Below, piece by piece: positions 9,995 to 19,659 of a stretch of DNA of 32,000 bases. The first letter of the stretch is position 1. Each line of letters opens with the position of its first letter. A model generated the notes under the pieces. That model was given only the letters and a program-made list of their open reading frames with translations, made no database searches and had not been told where the DNA came from. The position numbers and the translations under genes were made by a program. The stretch comes from Candidatus Nitrosopumilus koreensis AR1 (GTDB lineage: Archaea; Thermoproteota; Nitrososphaeria; Nitrososphaerales; Nitrosopumilaceae), in contig NC_018655.1 of assembly GCF_000299365.1 (NCBI RefSeq), forward strand, positions 1,410,001 to 1,442,000, in the 5' to 3' direction.

Positions 9995-11086
9995 TTATTT
10001 TAATATCCTCAACAGTTTATCATCATTGGCATCCGGAAAACCTTTTCCATCAGTATTAGAAGTAATCACATAAAGATAACCATCAGGTCCCTGCACAACA
10101 TCTCGGACACGTCCAATTCCACTCAGTATTGATTTTTGAGAACTCAAACCTTCTTCAAAATCTACTTGATACAGATTAGATGCCCTCATTGATGCCATGA
10201 TAAAGGGGAAGTCAAAATCAAATTTGTCACCAGTGTAAAATAAAATTCCTCCCGGTTCTATACTAGGATCATAACAAAGGATAGCATCTTCAAAACTTTC
10301 ATTGCCTGAGCATTGTTGCTCAGGCCAACCATAATTCTCACCTGCCAAAATCACATTAATTTCATCATTCTTTTCAGGTCCAAATTCTGCCACATACAAA
10401 TTACCATCACCATCCCAAGTCATTCCTTGTGGATTTCTATGTCCTAATGAATACACAGGAGAATTTGAAAATGGATTATCATCCGGAATAGAACCATCAT
10501 CGTTTAGTCTCAAAATTTTTCCAGACAAAGAATTCAGATCTTGTGGCAAATGTGAAGCATCAGATATAGTTCCAGTTCCCACATACAATTTTTCATCAGG
10601 ACCAAATTTGATAAATCCACCATTTGTAAAAGAAGAACCAGGGATTTTATCAAATATCGTTTCTGCGTCTTGAAGTTTATTTTCAGATTCTGTAATTCGG
10701 AGTATTTTATTCCACAAGTTTCCATTTTCTTCATAAGTCAAAAATACATAGAGAAGGTGATTCTCTGAAAAATTTGGATGCAGTGTAATTCCTAACAGAC
10801 CACCATCAAAAACATTAGCAGAACGTAATGCCGCAAGTGGGGATTCTAATTGTATATCATTTTCAATTACTCTGATAAAACCATCCTTTTCTGTTACAAA
10901 AATTAGATTATCAGAAACTGCAATTGAACGAGGTTTATCTAGATTTTCTGCCAAAATAACTACTGAGTCACTTTTAGAGTTAATGTTAGGTTCAGGTAAA
11001 GGAATAGGATCTGAAGGAGAAGCTAAAACAAATACAGAAAACACAACAGCAACAACAATTACTGCAATTGAAATTTTTTTGTCCAT
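9995..11086 (-). CDS. PQQ-dependent sugar (glucose/sorbosone) dehydrogenase-like protein, membrane-anchored or secreted
   Basis: VFVTEKDGFIRVIE, GLLGITLHPNFSENHLLYVFLTY, YVGTGTISDASHLPQDLNSLSGKILRLNDDGSIPDDNPF, YSLGHRNPQGMTWDGDGNLYVAEFGP, NYGWPE; N-terminal hydrophobic segment. Confidence 0.88.
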   Translation of the reverse strand: MDKKISIAVIVVAVVFSVFVLASPSDPIPLPEPNINSKSDSVVILAENLDKPRSIAVSDNLIFVTEKDGFIRVIENDIQLESPLAALRSANVFDGGLLGITLHPNFSENHLLYVFLTYEENGNLWNKILRITESENKLQDAETIFDKIPGSSFTNGGFIKFGPDEKLYVGTGTISDASHLPQDLNSLSGKILRLNDDGSIPDDNPFSNSPVYSLGHRNPQGMTWDGDGNLYVAEFGPEKNDEINVILAGENYGWPEQQCSGNESFEDAILCYDPSIEPGGILFYTGDKFDFDFPFIMASMRASNLYQVDFEEGLSSQKSILSGIGRVRDVVQGPDGYLYVITSNTDGKGFPDANDDKLLRILK

Positions 11087-11140
11087 GAAAATTCAAGTTC
11101 TTCAATTCATATTAATTACTTTCAAGAATTCAATAAAGCG

Positions 11141-11147
11141 TATATAC
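11141..11147 (+). promoter_or_regulatory. TATA box for the tRNA gene
   Basis: tatatac centred about 26 nt upstream of tRNA position 1. Confidence 0.6.
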
Positions 11148-11169
11148 GGCTCGTGTTCATTTCTGGATT

Positions 11170-11259
11170 AGCGGGGTGGGGAAGCCAGACTATTTAGGGC
11201 TAGGTCATCCCGGCGGGCTCATAACCCGCAGTTCAGTAGTTCAAATCTACTCCCCGCTA
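11170..11259 (+). tRNA. Initiator tRNA-Met (CAT) with a 15-nt non-canonical intron in the D-loop (11189-11203)
   Basis: Acceptor AGCGGGG/CCCCGCT; D stem GGGA/TCCC; anticodon stem GCGGG/CCCGC with loop CTCATAA; T stem AGTAG/CTACT. A1:U72 pair and three G:C pairs in the anticodon stem mark an initiator. The D-loop is normal length only if 15 nt are removed. Confidence 0.93.
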
Positions 11260-12612
11260 CTAATTTTGATAAACACAAAACCAAGGAAGAGATTTTTTGA
11301 AATTATTTGATTTGTTTGTGACACCTTGTCTTTGTCTAGGGCGTGTAAGATGTCTATGGGCAGAAATTTTTGGCAGATACAACTGTTTATCAATAGATCT
11401 GGGAATTTTTTCAGTTATTTTTCTTGGTGATTTTTTCCCACAACGAACGCATTGAAATCCTTGTCCTTTACCTTTAGATTTCATTTTTTTGTTGCATTTT
11501 TTGCAAGTTGGGTTTGATGTTATGAGTTGATTTTCAAGGGAAAGGATCTCAATAAATTCAAGATTAATAATTCGAGGGAAATTTTTTGAAGCTTTTCTAA
11601 CTCCTCCGCCAACAGAGATTTTATCGCCTTTGATTAAATTTGATGCAATGACCGATATACCTGTTGGTTTGTAAACTGCACACCAAAATTCGTTATTGTT
11701 TGAGAGAATTTTGAAAAAAACATGGCCACCTTTTACAATTTTAGGTGAATTTGATACAACACCAGTCAATTTTCCAGATGCGTATGGCTTTAGAGTTTCA
11801 AAAGTAAGTTCATGTTTCAAATGATCACCTGTTCCTTGATTTGATTTAAAGATCATATAACCATCCAACCTTTCTTCACTTTTCAGAATCTTAGAAGCGT
11901 GAATCAATGAACCTACATTCTCTCCGCGAACACCAAAAAAAACAGGGTCTGGGCCATGAGGAGTAATCAAAACACGTCCTTTTTTTGTATCAAAACTATT
12001 GAAAGTGTCAGGATATGTTTTTTCTTGCATTTCTTTTACGCTTTTTATAGAAATTTTTCTTTCTTTTCCAAATTTTTGTTTTTTACGATAACTCAATAAT
12101 TCCAATGTGTGATCATGAAAATCGTATCCTATTGCACCAATTGCTCCAACAAGTCCTTGTCCATTTCCTTTGTAAAAATATTCAAGATTGTTTTTTTTAG
12201 CAAATTTTTTTGCATTGTTTCTGTTAATCAATTGCCACAAAGCCAAGTCACTAAATTTTGTAAATTCAGAAGGAATAGACTCGCTTTCAAAAAATACCAA
12301 CCCAGGATTTGCACCATTTTTAGTATCAGAATATTTTGAGACAAGATTTTTGATTTGCTTTTTTATTTTTGATGGTTTGCTAGTCTTAATTCTAATAGAA
12401 ACAGCTCCGTTTCCACGAGTTTTCCATGGGATATTTGGATTAAATCGTACTAATCTTGGAAAATCAAGAAATTCTGTTTTTTGTTTTTTGAGTAAATCAA
12501 CTACTTTGTACGCTAGAAAAGTAGTGCACATTCCTTTTGGGGAATCAGTATCGTCAAATCCAATGTTAAGAACAGTTTTTTTTACCACAATTTCTTTGGG
12601 TAATTCAGACAT
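11260..12612 (-). CDS. tiaS: tRNA(Ile2) 2-agmatinylcytidine synthetase
   Basis: LNIGFDDTDSPKGMCTTFLAYKVVDLL, PWKTRGNGAVSIRI, GNGQGLVGAIGAIGY, GTGDHL, zinc-ribbon CKKCNKKMKSKGKGQGFQCVRCGKK. The likely start is the ATG at 12612. Confidence 0.9.
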   Translation of the reverse strand: MSELPKEIVVKKTVLNIGFDDTDSPKGMCTTFLAYKVVDLLKKQKTEFLDFPRLVRFNPNIPWKTRGNGAVSIRIKTSKPSKIKKQIKNLVSKYSDTKNGANPGLVFFESESIPSEFTKFSDLALWQLINRNNAKKFAKKNNLEYFYKGNGQGLVGAIGAIGYDFHDHTLELLSYRKKQKFGKERKISIKSVKEMQEKTYPDTFNSFDTKKGRVLITPHGPDPVFFGVRGENVGSLIHASKILKSEERLDGYMIFKSNQGTGDHLKHELTFETLKPYASGKLTGVVSNSPKIVKGGHVFFKILSNNNEFWCAVYKPTGISVIASNLIKGDKISVGGGVRKASKNFPRIINLEFIEILSLENQLITSNPTCKKCNKKMKSKGKGQGFQCVRCGKKSPRKITEKIPRSIDKQLYLPKISAHRHLTRPRQRQGVTNKSNNFKKSLPWFCVYQN

Positions 12613-12670
12613 TTTTAGTTGTTGCAAGATGCAGTTGGTTTAAATTAATAAAATAACATTTCAAGCTAAA

Positions 12671-13666
12671 TTGATAGTTATAGATGAAAGGAGGATTTTT
12701 CAGGAAATTGAGGAAAAAAATCCAGCATCAGTTTCATTAAATGGTCCAGATGGAATTCTGCCACAAGTGCAAGAGACAGCAAAAAACATAACAAAAAAAT
12801 TTGGCATTCCAGCATATGTACTAGCTGACACCACTTGGGGGACTTGTGATTTGAACTCAAATGGTTCCAAAGTTCTAGGTGCAGAAATTCAATTTAACAT
12901 AGGACACACCATTAACACAGAGACATATGAAAAAAACTTGATTCTCATCGATGCATACGATGATGTAGAGTTTGACAGTGTTGCAAAAAAATGTACCGAC
13001 ATATTGAAAGGAAAAACAATTTCGCTGGTTACAGATAGCCAACATCTACATCAAGTAGACAAAGTTGAAAAAATTTTGACAGAAAATGGAATTACAGTTA
13101 AGATTGGAAAAGGCAAAGGTCAGTTAAATGACGGACAGGTATTTGGTTGTGAGTTTTATCCTGCAACAGATCTCAAAAAAGAAGTTGATGCATATGTTTT
13201 CCTAGGACAAAGTAATTTTCATGCATCTGGAATCGCCTTGTCTACTAACTTACCAACGTATGTTCTAGATCCTTACTTTAATGAAGTAAGAGAAGTTACA
13301 GACTTTGCACAGAAGTTAAAAAAGAAAGCAACTCTTGCAATTTACAAAGCAGCTGAAGCAAAAACATTTGGAGTGATAGTGGGGCTAAAAGAAGGCCAAC
13401 TATCAAAGGTATTTGCATTAAAAATTAAAGAAGAACTAGAAGCAGAAGGAAAAGAAGTCCAACTATTTGCACTTACAGATATCACAAATGACAGGTTAAG
13501 AAATCTAAAAGGAATTGATGCCTTTATTCAGGTAGCATGCCCACGTATTTCTACAGACAATCAATTTGACAAGCCGGTTTTATCTTCACCACAGGCAAAT
13601 GCACTTTTAAAAATCCTGAGAAACGAAAGTATTGAAGGATATCTAGAAATTCCACATTGGTTATGA
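12671..13666 (+). CDS. dph2: Diphthamide biosynthesis enzyme Dph2
   Basis: LNGPDGILPQVQETAKNI, ADTTWGTCDLN, GAEIQFNIGHT, IQVACPRISTDNQ (Fe-S cysteine context). Confidence 0.88.
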   Translation: MIVIDERRIFQEIEEKNPASVSLNGPDGILPQVQETAKNITKKFGIPAYVLADTTWGTCDLNSNGSKVLGAEIQFNIGHTINTETYEKNLILIDAYDDVEFDSVAKKCTDILKGKTISLVTDSQHLHQVDKVEKILTENGITVKIGKGKGQLNDGQVFGCEFYPATDLKKEVDAYVFLGQSNFHASGIALSTNLPTYVLDPYFNEVREVTDFAQKLKKKATLAIYKAAEAKTFGVIVGLKEGQLSKVFALKIKEELEAEGKEVQLFALTDITNDRLRNLKGIDAFIQVACPRISTDNQFDKPVLSSPQANALLKILRNESIEGYLEIPHWL

Positions 13667-14263
13667 CACTAGTTTCTGAAATCTAGAATCATTAGAAACG
13701 TTTTCAAATGATTTTGATTTTTTTGCTTTGATTTTGTATTGAACTCCTTGGGAGATTGCCTTTTCAAGTAAGATTAGTGAATCGTTAGTTTTAGAAAGCA
13801 TTGCAAGATTACATGATTTATCAAATAAAACATCACCATTATCAGGATAGTCTTTTAAGATTTCATCACAACATGAAATGGAATCAGCATACTTACCCAG
13901 AGAAAACAGTATTCTTTCTTTGTGATACAATGCAATATTGTATTTTGGATTATGCTCCAAAATTTTATCACATAATGACAGGCCTTCAGTAAATTTGCCT
14001 TGTTTTCTAAAAGAGGAGATTTTGTTTACCAATACAGAAAGATCATCAGGGTGATTCTCAAGTGCAACATCATAACATTTCATGGCATTATCAAAATCTT
14101 TTAGTTTACTTAGGGCATATCCTTTATTGTTAAGAGAACTAAGATGTTTTGGGTTTTCATCTAGAATTTGATCATAATACGATATTGCCTCTTTGAACCT
14201 ACCTTGTAAAAATAACCTGTTTCCTTCATCTAAGATAGAATTTGTTTTAGGATCATCCATCAA
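13661..14263 (-). CDS. Tetratricopeptide repeat protein
   Basis: Successive TPR units: ALSKLKDFDNAMKCYDVALENHPDD, FRKQGKFTEGLSLCDKILEHNPKY, LFSLGKYADSISCCDEILKDYPDN. Confidence 0.85.
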   Translation of the reverse strand: MMDDPKTNSILDEGNRLFLQGRFKEAISYYDQILDENPKHLSSLNNKGYALSKLKDFDNAMKCYDVALENHPDDLSVLVNKISSFRKQGKFTEGLSLCDKILEHNPKYNIALYHKERILFSLGKYADSISCCDEILKDYPDNGDVLFDKSCNLAMLSKTNDSLILLEKAISQGVQYKIKAKKSKSFENVSNDSRFQKLVS

Positions 14264-14266
14264 AAA

Positions 14267-15352
14267 TCAGCTTGGTTTCATTATGATTTTTCCAAAAAGT
14301 CCTTTGCCTTTTAGCATTTTAGTATGAGCTTCAGCTGCTCTTTCAAGTGGAAAAACAGAATCAATAATAGATTTTATTTTTCCTTGAGACATCCAATAAA
14401 ATCCCTGTTCAAGCTCAGCTCTTGTGCCTTGTGTTGAGCCTAAAATGTTGATACCTTTAAAGAAAATATGTCGCAGATCAGTTTTAGCATCATATCCAGT
14501 TGTAGCACCAGTAGTGACTACAGTTCCACCATAGTTTAGAAGAGTAAGTTCCTTGTTCCAATGGGTACCACCAATGTGCTCAAAAATTACATCAACTCCA
14601 GGTATATCCCCATATTGTTTTGGTATTTTTTTTGCAATTGATCTTACTTCTTTGTGCCAATCCTCTTTTCTGTGATCAACTGCATAATCAGCACCAAGTT
14701 CTAACAGTTTATCTAACTTATCAGGACTTGCAGTTGCAATTACAGTACAGCCAAAAAGTTTTGCAATCTGAATTCCATAGTTTCCAACACCAGAACTTCC
14801 ACCCATTATCAAAACTAATTGTCCCGGTTGGATTTTTGCTCTACCAACTAACATATGCCAAGATGTTAACATAGTCATTGATGCAGCAGCTGCTTCATCA
14901 TATGAAACGCTTTCAGGGATTTTTACGACATTTACTTCTGGAAGATGTGTATATTCACAATATCCACCCCAAAGAGGGCCCGTCTCAAATCCCCAGATAG
15001 TTCGTTTTTTGCAGTCATATTCTCTTCCATCCGTACATGCTTTGCAAACTCTACAAGACATGTTTCCATGAGAAACTACCCTATCACCAACTTTGATATT
15101 TTTCACATCACTTCCAATAGCAGTTACTTCACCTGCAGCATCAGTTCCAGAAATATGAGGTAGTGGAATTGCTAAAGGTTTGCCCCTCATTCCCCAGATA
15201 TCATCATAATTTAGTGACGCAGCCTTTACTTTGAAGACTACTTCGTTTGATTTTGGTTCAGGAATCGGAATATCTTTAATTTTCAAAATTTTTGAAAAGT
15301 CGTCATCTGTGGTATATTCATCATAAACCAGAGCTTTCATGGTTTTTTTCAT
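14267..15352 (-). CDS. Zinc-binding alcohol dehydrogenase / quinone oxidoreductase family (MDR) protein
   Basis: MKALVYDEY...SLNYDDIWGMRG, HISGTDAAGEVTAIG, VLIMGGSSGVGNYGIQIAKLFG. Start placed at MKKTMKALV (15352); the ORF-track N-terminal extension to 15583 looks spurious and overlaps csl4. Confidence 0.88.
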   Translation of the reverse strand: MKKTMKALVYDEYTTDDDFSKILKIKDIPIPEPKSNEVVFKVKAASLNYDDIWGMRGKPLAIPLPHISGTDAAGEVTAIGSDVKNIKVGDRVVSHGNMSCRVCKACTDGREYDCKKRTIWGFETGPLWGGYCEYTHLPEVNVVKIPESVSYDEAAAASMTMLTSWHMLVGRAKIQPGQLVLIMGGSSGVGNYGIQIAKLFGCTVIATASPDKLDKLLELGADYAVDHRKEDWHKEVRSIAKKIPKQYGDIPGVDVIFEHIGGTHWNKELTLLNYGGTVVTTGATTGYDAKTDLRHIFFKGINILGSTQGTRAELEQGFYWMSQGKIKSIIDSVFPLERAAEAHTKMLKGKGLFGKIIMKPS

Positions 15353-15427
15353 ATTTTTGGAGATATATGATTTATCAAGATCATTTATGCCACAAACAAT
15401 TATAATCATAAAAACAAGAATTTTAGC

Positions 15428-15979
15428 ATGTCTGAAAATGCAACATTTCCAGGTGAGAAAATAGCATCTATTGAGGAATATGAGGCCGGATACAACGCTT
15501 TTGATGACGGAGACATGGTCAGAGCAGCAACAATTGGAGAAAAAGACATTGACAAAACCACCAGAACTGCAAACATCAAACATCCAAAAGATCTGTCCAT
15601 ACCTAAAGTAGGAGATGTCGTGATTGGAACAGTTGCAGCAGTAATGTCATCTATGATTGCAGTTTCAATTGACTACATAAATGGAAATCCCACTACATCA
15701 AAAGTAGAATGTGTATGCTCAACAAGAAACATTAGAAAAAGAAACATTGCACTTGTTAACGATATTGCAAAATTAAAAATTTTAAATCATCTTAATGGAA
15801 CTATTCATGCAACTATTGATGAACCAAACTTGGGAGTACTATTTACAAAATGCCGAAAATGTGGTGGAAAAGTAGTTCCAATGAGGGATGCCATAAAATG
15901 TACTGAATGTTCTTGGATTGATGAAAGAAAACTATCTACAGACTTTGGCAAAAGTGATTTCGTTAAACTGAGAGAATAA
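15428..15979 (+). CDS. csl4: Archaeal exosome RNA-binding subunit Csl4
   Basis: FPGEKIASIEEYEAGYNAFDDGDMVRAATIG, S1-like VGDVVIGTVAAVMSSMIAVSI, zinc ribbon CRKCGGKVVPMRDAIKCTEC. Confidence 0.88.
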   Translation: MSENATFPGEKIASIEEYEAGYNAFDDGDMVRAATIGEKDIDKTTRTANIKHPKDLSIPKVGDVVIGTVAAVMSSMIAVSIDYINGNPTTSKVECVCSTRNIRKRNIALVNDIAKLKILNHLNGTIHATIDEPNLGVLFTKCRKCGGKVVPMRDAIKCTECSWIDERKLSTDFGKSDFVKLRE

Positions 15980-15982
15980 AAA

Positions 15983-16798
15983 ATGATTAATGTATCGTTC
16001 CAAGGTGAACGAGGTGCATATAGTGAAGCTGCTGCAAGATCATTCTTTAGTGAAGATATTGAAACGGTTTCATTTGCAACGTTTGCCGAAGTTTTAGATA
16101 GTACTACCAAAGATAAAACAGAATATTCAATTTTGCCTGTAGAGAACTCAATAGAAGGAAGTGTTGGAGAGAGTTATGATTTATTGTATTCAACATCACT
16201 AAATGTAACAGGTGAGGCATATCACAGAATAGAACATTGCCTTATTGGAACAGGTAAGATAGATGAGGTAGATACAGTTTATTCACATCCACAAGCCCTA
16301 GGTCAATGCAGAAAATTTGTTGAAGAACATAAAATGAAAACAATTCCTACATACGATACTGCAGGTAGTGTAAAAATAATCAAAGAGTTAAACGAGAAAA
16401 ATTGTGCCTGCATTGCAAGCAAAACAGCCTCGACAATTTACGACGTCCCCATCATTGCAGAAAACATTGCAAACAATTTGAACAACTATACAAGATTTTT
16501 GATATTATCAAAAAAAGAATCAGCAATTACAGGAAACGACAAGACTTCGATAATTTTCTCAATAAAGCACGAACCTGGATCATTATACAGAATAATAGAG
16601 AATTTTCACAAAGATAATGTAAACTTGACAAAGATAGAGTCTAGACCTACTAGAACAAACACTTGGGAATACAATTTCTATGTGGATTTTGAAGGGCATC
16701 AAAAAGACTCTAAAATTTCAGAAATGTTAGAAAAAATCAAGCAAGATACATTATTTTTGAAAGTTTTGGGATCGTATCCTTCAGCAAAACTGAGCTAA
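15983..16798 (+). CDS. pheA: Prephenate dehydratase
   Basis: VSFQGERGAYSEAAARSFF, YSILPVENSIEGSVGESYDLL, HPQALGQCRKF, C-terminal ACT-like KTSIIFSIKHEPGSLYRIIENFHKDNVNLTKIESRPTR. Confidence 0.92.
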   Translation: MINVSFQGERGAYSEAAARSFFSEDIETVSFATFAEVLDSTTKDKTEYSILPVENSIEGSVGESYDLLYSTSLNVTGEAYHRIEHCLIGTGKIDEVDTVYSHPQALGQCRKFVEEHKMKTIPTYDTAGSVKIIKELNEKNCACIASKTASTIYDVPIIAENIANNLNNYTRFLILSKKESAITGNDKTSIIFSIKHEPGSLYRIIENFHKDNVNLTKIESRPTRTNTWEYNFYVDFEGHQKDSKISEMLEKIKQDTLFLKVLGSYPSAKLS

Positions 16799-17262
16799 AA
16801 TCCTTTGGGCTTTCTTAATGTAAAGCCCATACTAAATCCGATAATCACCATTCCAGCAGTAATTACTACCAAGTGATATGTGAATAGAATTGGATCAACT
16901 GTAATATTCAGTGTTCCAACAATATGTAAATCAGTAGAACCAGTATTTTGTATATCTATCATTGTAATGCCATCTTCTAGATGAGTCCATTCTAGGGTAA
17001 CTTTTTCAGAATGAGAGGTCATAGGAATTTGTAATCCGTCACCAGGGCTAGATAATTTAAGATCAAATTTATCACCAGTAATAGTCATTAGTTGTTTTCC
17101 GCCACTGTTGGCTCTGATTTGATAGGAAGTGGACTCGCCAATTCCAAATGTTTCATCAACTTCAACTGTTTGCAAACCAATGTCTGAAATTAATGAATAC
17201 ACACCTATTCCAATGATTGCGATACCAACAACTAATCCAATTATGGTTCGTTTTGATAACAT
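16795..17262 (-). CDS. Hypothetical membrane protein, two predicted TM segments
   Basis: N-terminal IIGLVVGIAIIGIGVYSLI and C-terminal LVVITAGMVIIGFSMGFTL flank a beta-type domain. Confidence 0.65.
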   Translation of the reverse strand: MLSKRTIIGLVVGIAIIGIGVYSLISDIGLQTVEVDETFGIGESTSYQIRANSGGKQLMTITGDKFDLKLSSPGDGLQIPMTSHSEKVTLEWTHLEDGITMIDIQNTGSTDLHIVGTLNITVDPILFTYHLVVITAGMVIIGFSMGFTLRKPKGF

Positions 17263-17297
17263 GATTCAATCAATTCTGATACTGCTTAAAAAATTAT

Positions 17298-18728
17298 CTA
17301 CATTAAAGAGACATCATGAGGCTGACTCTCTGCAAATCCAGCTCTTGACATTTTGATAAATTCTGCATTTGCTTGCATTTGTGGAATTGTGTGGGCACCA
17401 CAATAACTTAATCCTGAACGGACACCACCTGCCAATTGTTTTAGGATATCAGTAACTGTACCTTTGTATGGAACCATAGCTTCAACTCCTTCTGCAACAT
17501 AGTCATTCAAATCATCATCAAGTGAGATTGAGCCGGTCTCTTTTGACTTTCTGCCAATAGAAGCTGCAAGAGAAGCCATTCCACGATAAACCTTGAATCG
17601 TTTACCATTTTTAGTCAAAACTGTACCAGGAGATTCATCAGTACCTCCAAGCATACTTCCAACCATTACAGAGGATGCACCAGCAGCTAATGCTTTTGTT
17701 GCATCACCAGATGTTCTTGTGCCACCATCAGAAATTATTGGAATACCATAATCATTTCCAATTTTTGCACAGTCCATTACTGCAGTTAATTGTGGAACAC
17801 CAGAACCAGTAATTACTCTAGTAATACAAATTGAACCAGAACCTACACCAACTTTAACGGCATCAACGCCAGCCTTAATCAAATCCTCAGCACCATGAGC
17901 AGTTGCAATGTTGCCTGCAATTAATTCACAGTCAGGAAATGCCTTTTTGATGTTACGAACTGTACTAATTGCATTTTCACTATGACCATGTGCAATATCA
18001 ACAACAAGAACATCTGCTCCTGCATCTAAGAGAGATTCACTTCTCTCTAAAAAGTCACCCTTAACACCAACTGCAGCGCCAACTAACGGTCTACCTTTCT
18101 TATCTTTAGATGCATTGGGATAATCAGTGTTATTTGTAATATCTTTACTGGTAATCAATCCTTTGATAATTCCAGCATCATCAACAATTGGTAGTTTTTC
18201 AATTCTATGTTTGTGTAAAATATTTTTTGCTTCATCCAAAGTAACTCCAGGTTTTGCAGTAACAACATCTTTTGTCATCACATCAGAAACTTTGCCATTT
18301 GAATTAGCAAAAAGTAAGTCTCTTTCAGTCACAATTCCTACTAGTTTAGAATTTGAATCAACAACCAATAAACCAGAAATTTCTTTATCTTCAGCATAAT
18401 CCAAAGCATCTTGAATAGATTTGTCTGATGAAATAGAATATGGATTTTCAATCATAACACTGCCTGAACGTTTTACCTTTAGCACCTCATTTGCCTGCTC
18501 CTGAATCGTCAAAAATCTGTGGACAATCCCAATTCCTCCAGCACGGGCCATGGTTGCAGCCATAGCAGATTCAGTTACCGTATCCATATTTGCGCTGACA
18601 AAAGGAATGTTGATGGTAATATTTCGAGATAATTTTGTACTCAGATCGGTCTGACTTCTACTTGTAATATCTGAATATTTGGGTACAAGAAGAACGTCAT
18701 CAAAAGTTAATCCTTCTTTGAATTCCAA
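17298..18728 (-). CDS. guaB: Inosine-5'-monophosphate dehydrogenase with CBS domains
   Basis: [15 protein letters not shown], two CBS-like repeats, [22 protein letters not shown], SGGIRTxGD-like [36 protein letters not shown]. Confidence 0.95.
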   Translation of the reverse strand: MEFKEGLTFDDVLLVPKYSDITSRSQTDLSTKLSRNITINIPFVSANMDTVTESAMAATMARAGGIGIVHRFLTIQEQANEVLKVKRSGSVMIENPYSISSDKSIQDALDYAEDKEISGLLVVDSNSKLVGIVTERDLLFANSNGKVSDVMTKDVVTAKPGVTLDEAKNILHKHRIEKLPIVDDAGIIKGLITSKDITNNTDYPNASKDKKGRPLVGAAVGVKGDFLERSESLLDAGADVLVVDIAHGHSENAISTVRNIKKAFPDCELIAGNIATAHGAEDLIKAGVDAVKVGVGSGSICITRVITGSGVPQLTAVMDCAKIGNDYGIPIISDGGTRTSGDATKALAAGASSVMVGSMLGGTDESPGTVLTKNGKRFKVYRGMASLAASIGRKSKETGSISLDDDLNDYVAEGVEAMVPYKGTVTDILKQLAGGVRSGLSYCGAHTIPQMQANAEFIKMSRAGFAESQPHDVSLM

Positions 18729-18773
18729 TGAAACCTTGTTAAGGAAGTTAAATATTGATTATAAGCCTTTGTG

Positions 18774-19637
18774 TTATTTTTTCAGATTTGATGCAATGAT
18801 GACTGCTTCTTTTGTTGCTTTTACATTATGAGTGCGTATAATATCTGCACCATTAATTACAGAGATTACTTCAGCAGCAACTGAACCAAATAAGCGATCA
18901 GAAGGATTTTTTTTTTGTAAAAGTTCTCCAAGAAAAGATTTGTTTGAAACTGAGACAAGAATTGGATATTTTCCCTTTATAGAATTCAAATTTTGAATTA
19001 TGGACAAGTCTCTTTTTACCCAATCAGTTTTGATTTTAGTAAAAAATGGCCCTTTTCCTTCTTTTCTAAAAAATCCAATTGATGGATCCAATACAATCTT
19101 TTTAGAAGAGATATTAGATTTTTTTGCGATCTTCAAACTGTCTTGCAGTAGTTTTTTGGTAACAGTTACATGATTTCCAGTTACAACTTTTGAATCAAAA
19201 GCACATAAAATCAGAGAGGGTGAAAATTCTGAAACAATATCCTTCATTCTCACATCATATTTCAATCCAGAAATATCATTGATAATGTCTACACCATACT
19301 CTAAGGCATCTTTGGCAGGTTTTGCCCTACAAGTGTCAACAGATATTGGAATATTAGATATGTTTTGAATTATTTTTACTGCTTCAATGATTCTCTTTGA
19401 TTCAGTTTTCTCAGATATTGTTGTGGACAGATATGGTGCAGTGGACATACCACCCACATCAATAAAATCAGCACCATCATTTTCCATTTCTTTTATAGAA
19501 TTTTTTATCTGATTTTTAGTGGTGTTGATAGATTTTTTGTAAAAGGATTCAGGACTAGTATTCAAAATACCCATAATACGGATTGGGTTTTTTCCACCCA
19601 CACCCACATTAGCAATTCGAGTCACATAGTTTATCAA
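18774..19637 (-). CDS. folP: Dihydropteroate synthase-like protein
   Basis: IMGILNTSPESFYK, GADFIDVGGMSTAP, ISVDTCRAKPAKDAL, INDISG, LDPSIGFFRK. Start codon uncertain (non-ATG). Confidence 0.83.
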   Translation of the reverse strand: MINYVTRIANVGVGGKNPIRIMGILNTSPESFYKKSINTTKNQIKNSIKEMENDGADFIDVGGMSTAPYLSTTISEKTESKRIIEAVKIIQNISNIPISVDTCRAKPAKDALEYGVDIINDISGLKYDVRMKDIVSEFSPSLILCAFDSKVVTGNHVTVTKKLLQDSLKIAKKSNISSKKIVLDPSIGFFRKEGKGPFFTKIKTDWVKRDLSIIQNLNSIKGKYPILVSVSNKSFLGELLQKKNPSDRLFGSVAAEVISVINGADIIRTHNVKATKEAVIIASNLKK

Positions 19638-19659
19638 AAACTAATGCAATTTGAGTCAT

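Noticed and set aside
11170-11259. Reading the CAT tRNA as elongator Met or as tRNA-Ile2, the TiaS substrate
   Set aside because: A1:U72 and the three consecutive G:C pairs in the anticodon stem are initiator hallmarks; proximity to tiaS is not evidence of identity.
12188-12643. 151-aa plus-strand ORF antisense to tiaS
   Set aside because: It lies wholly over a well-supported conserved gene; the protein has no recognisable motif and looks like mirrored codon bias.
14267-15583. 438-aa alcohol dehydrogenase with a cysteine-rich N-terminal extension
   Set aside because: The homologous protein starts at MKALVYDEY; the extra N-terminal residues overlap the divergent csl4 gene and lack domain character.
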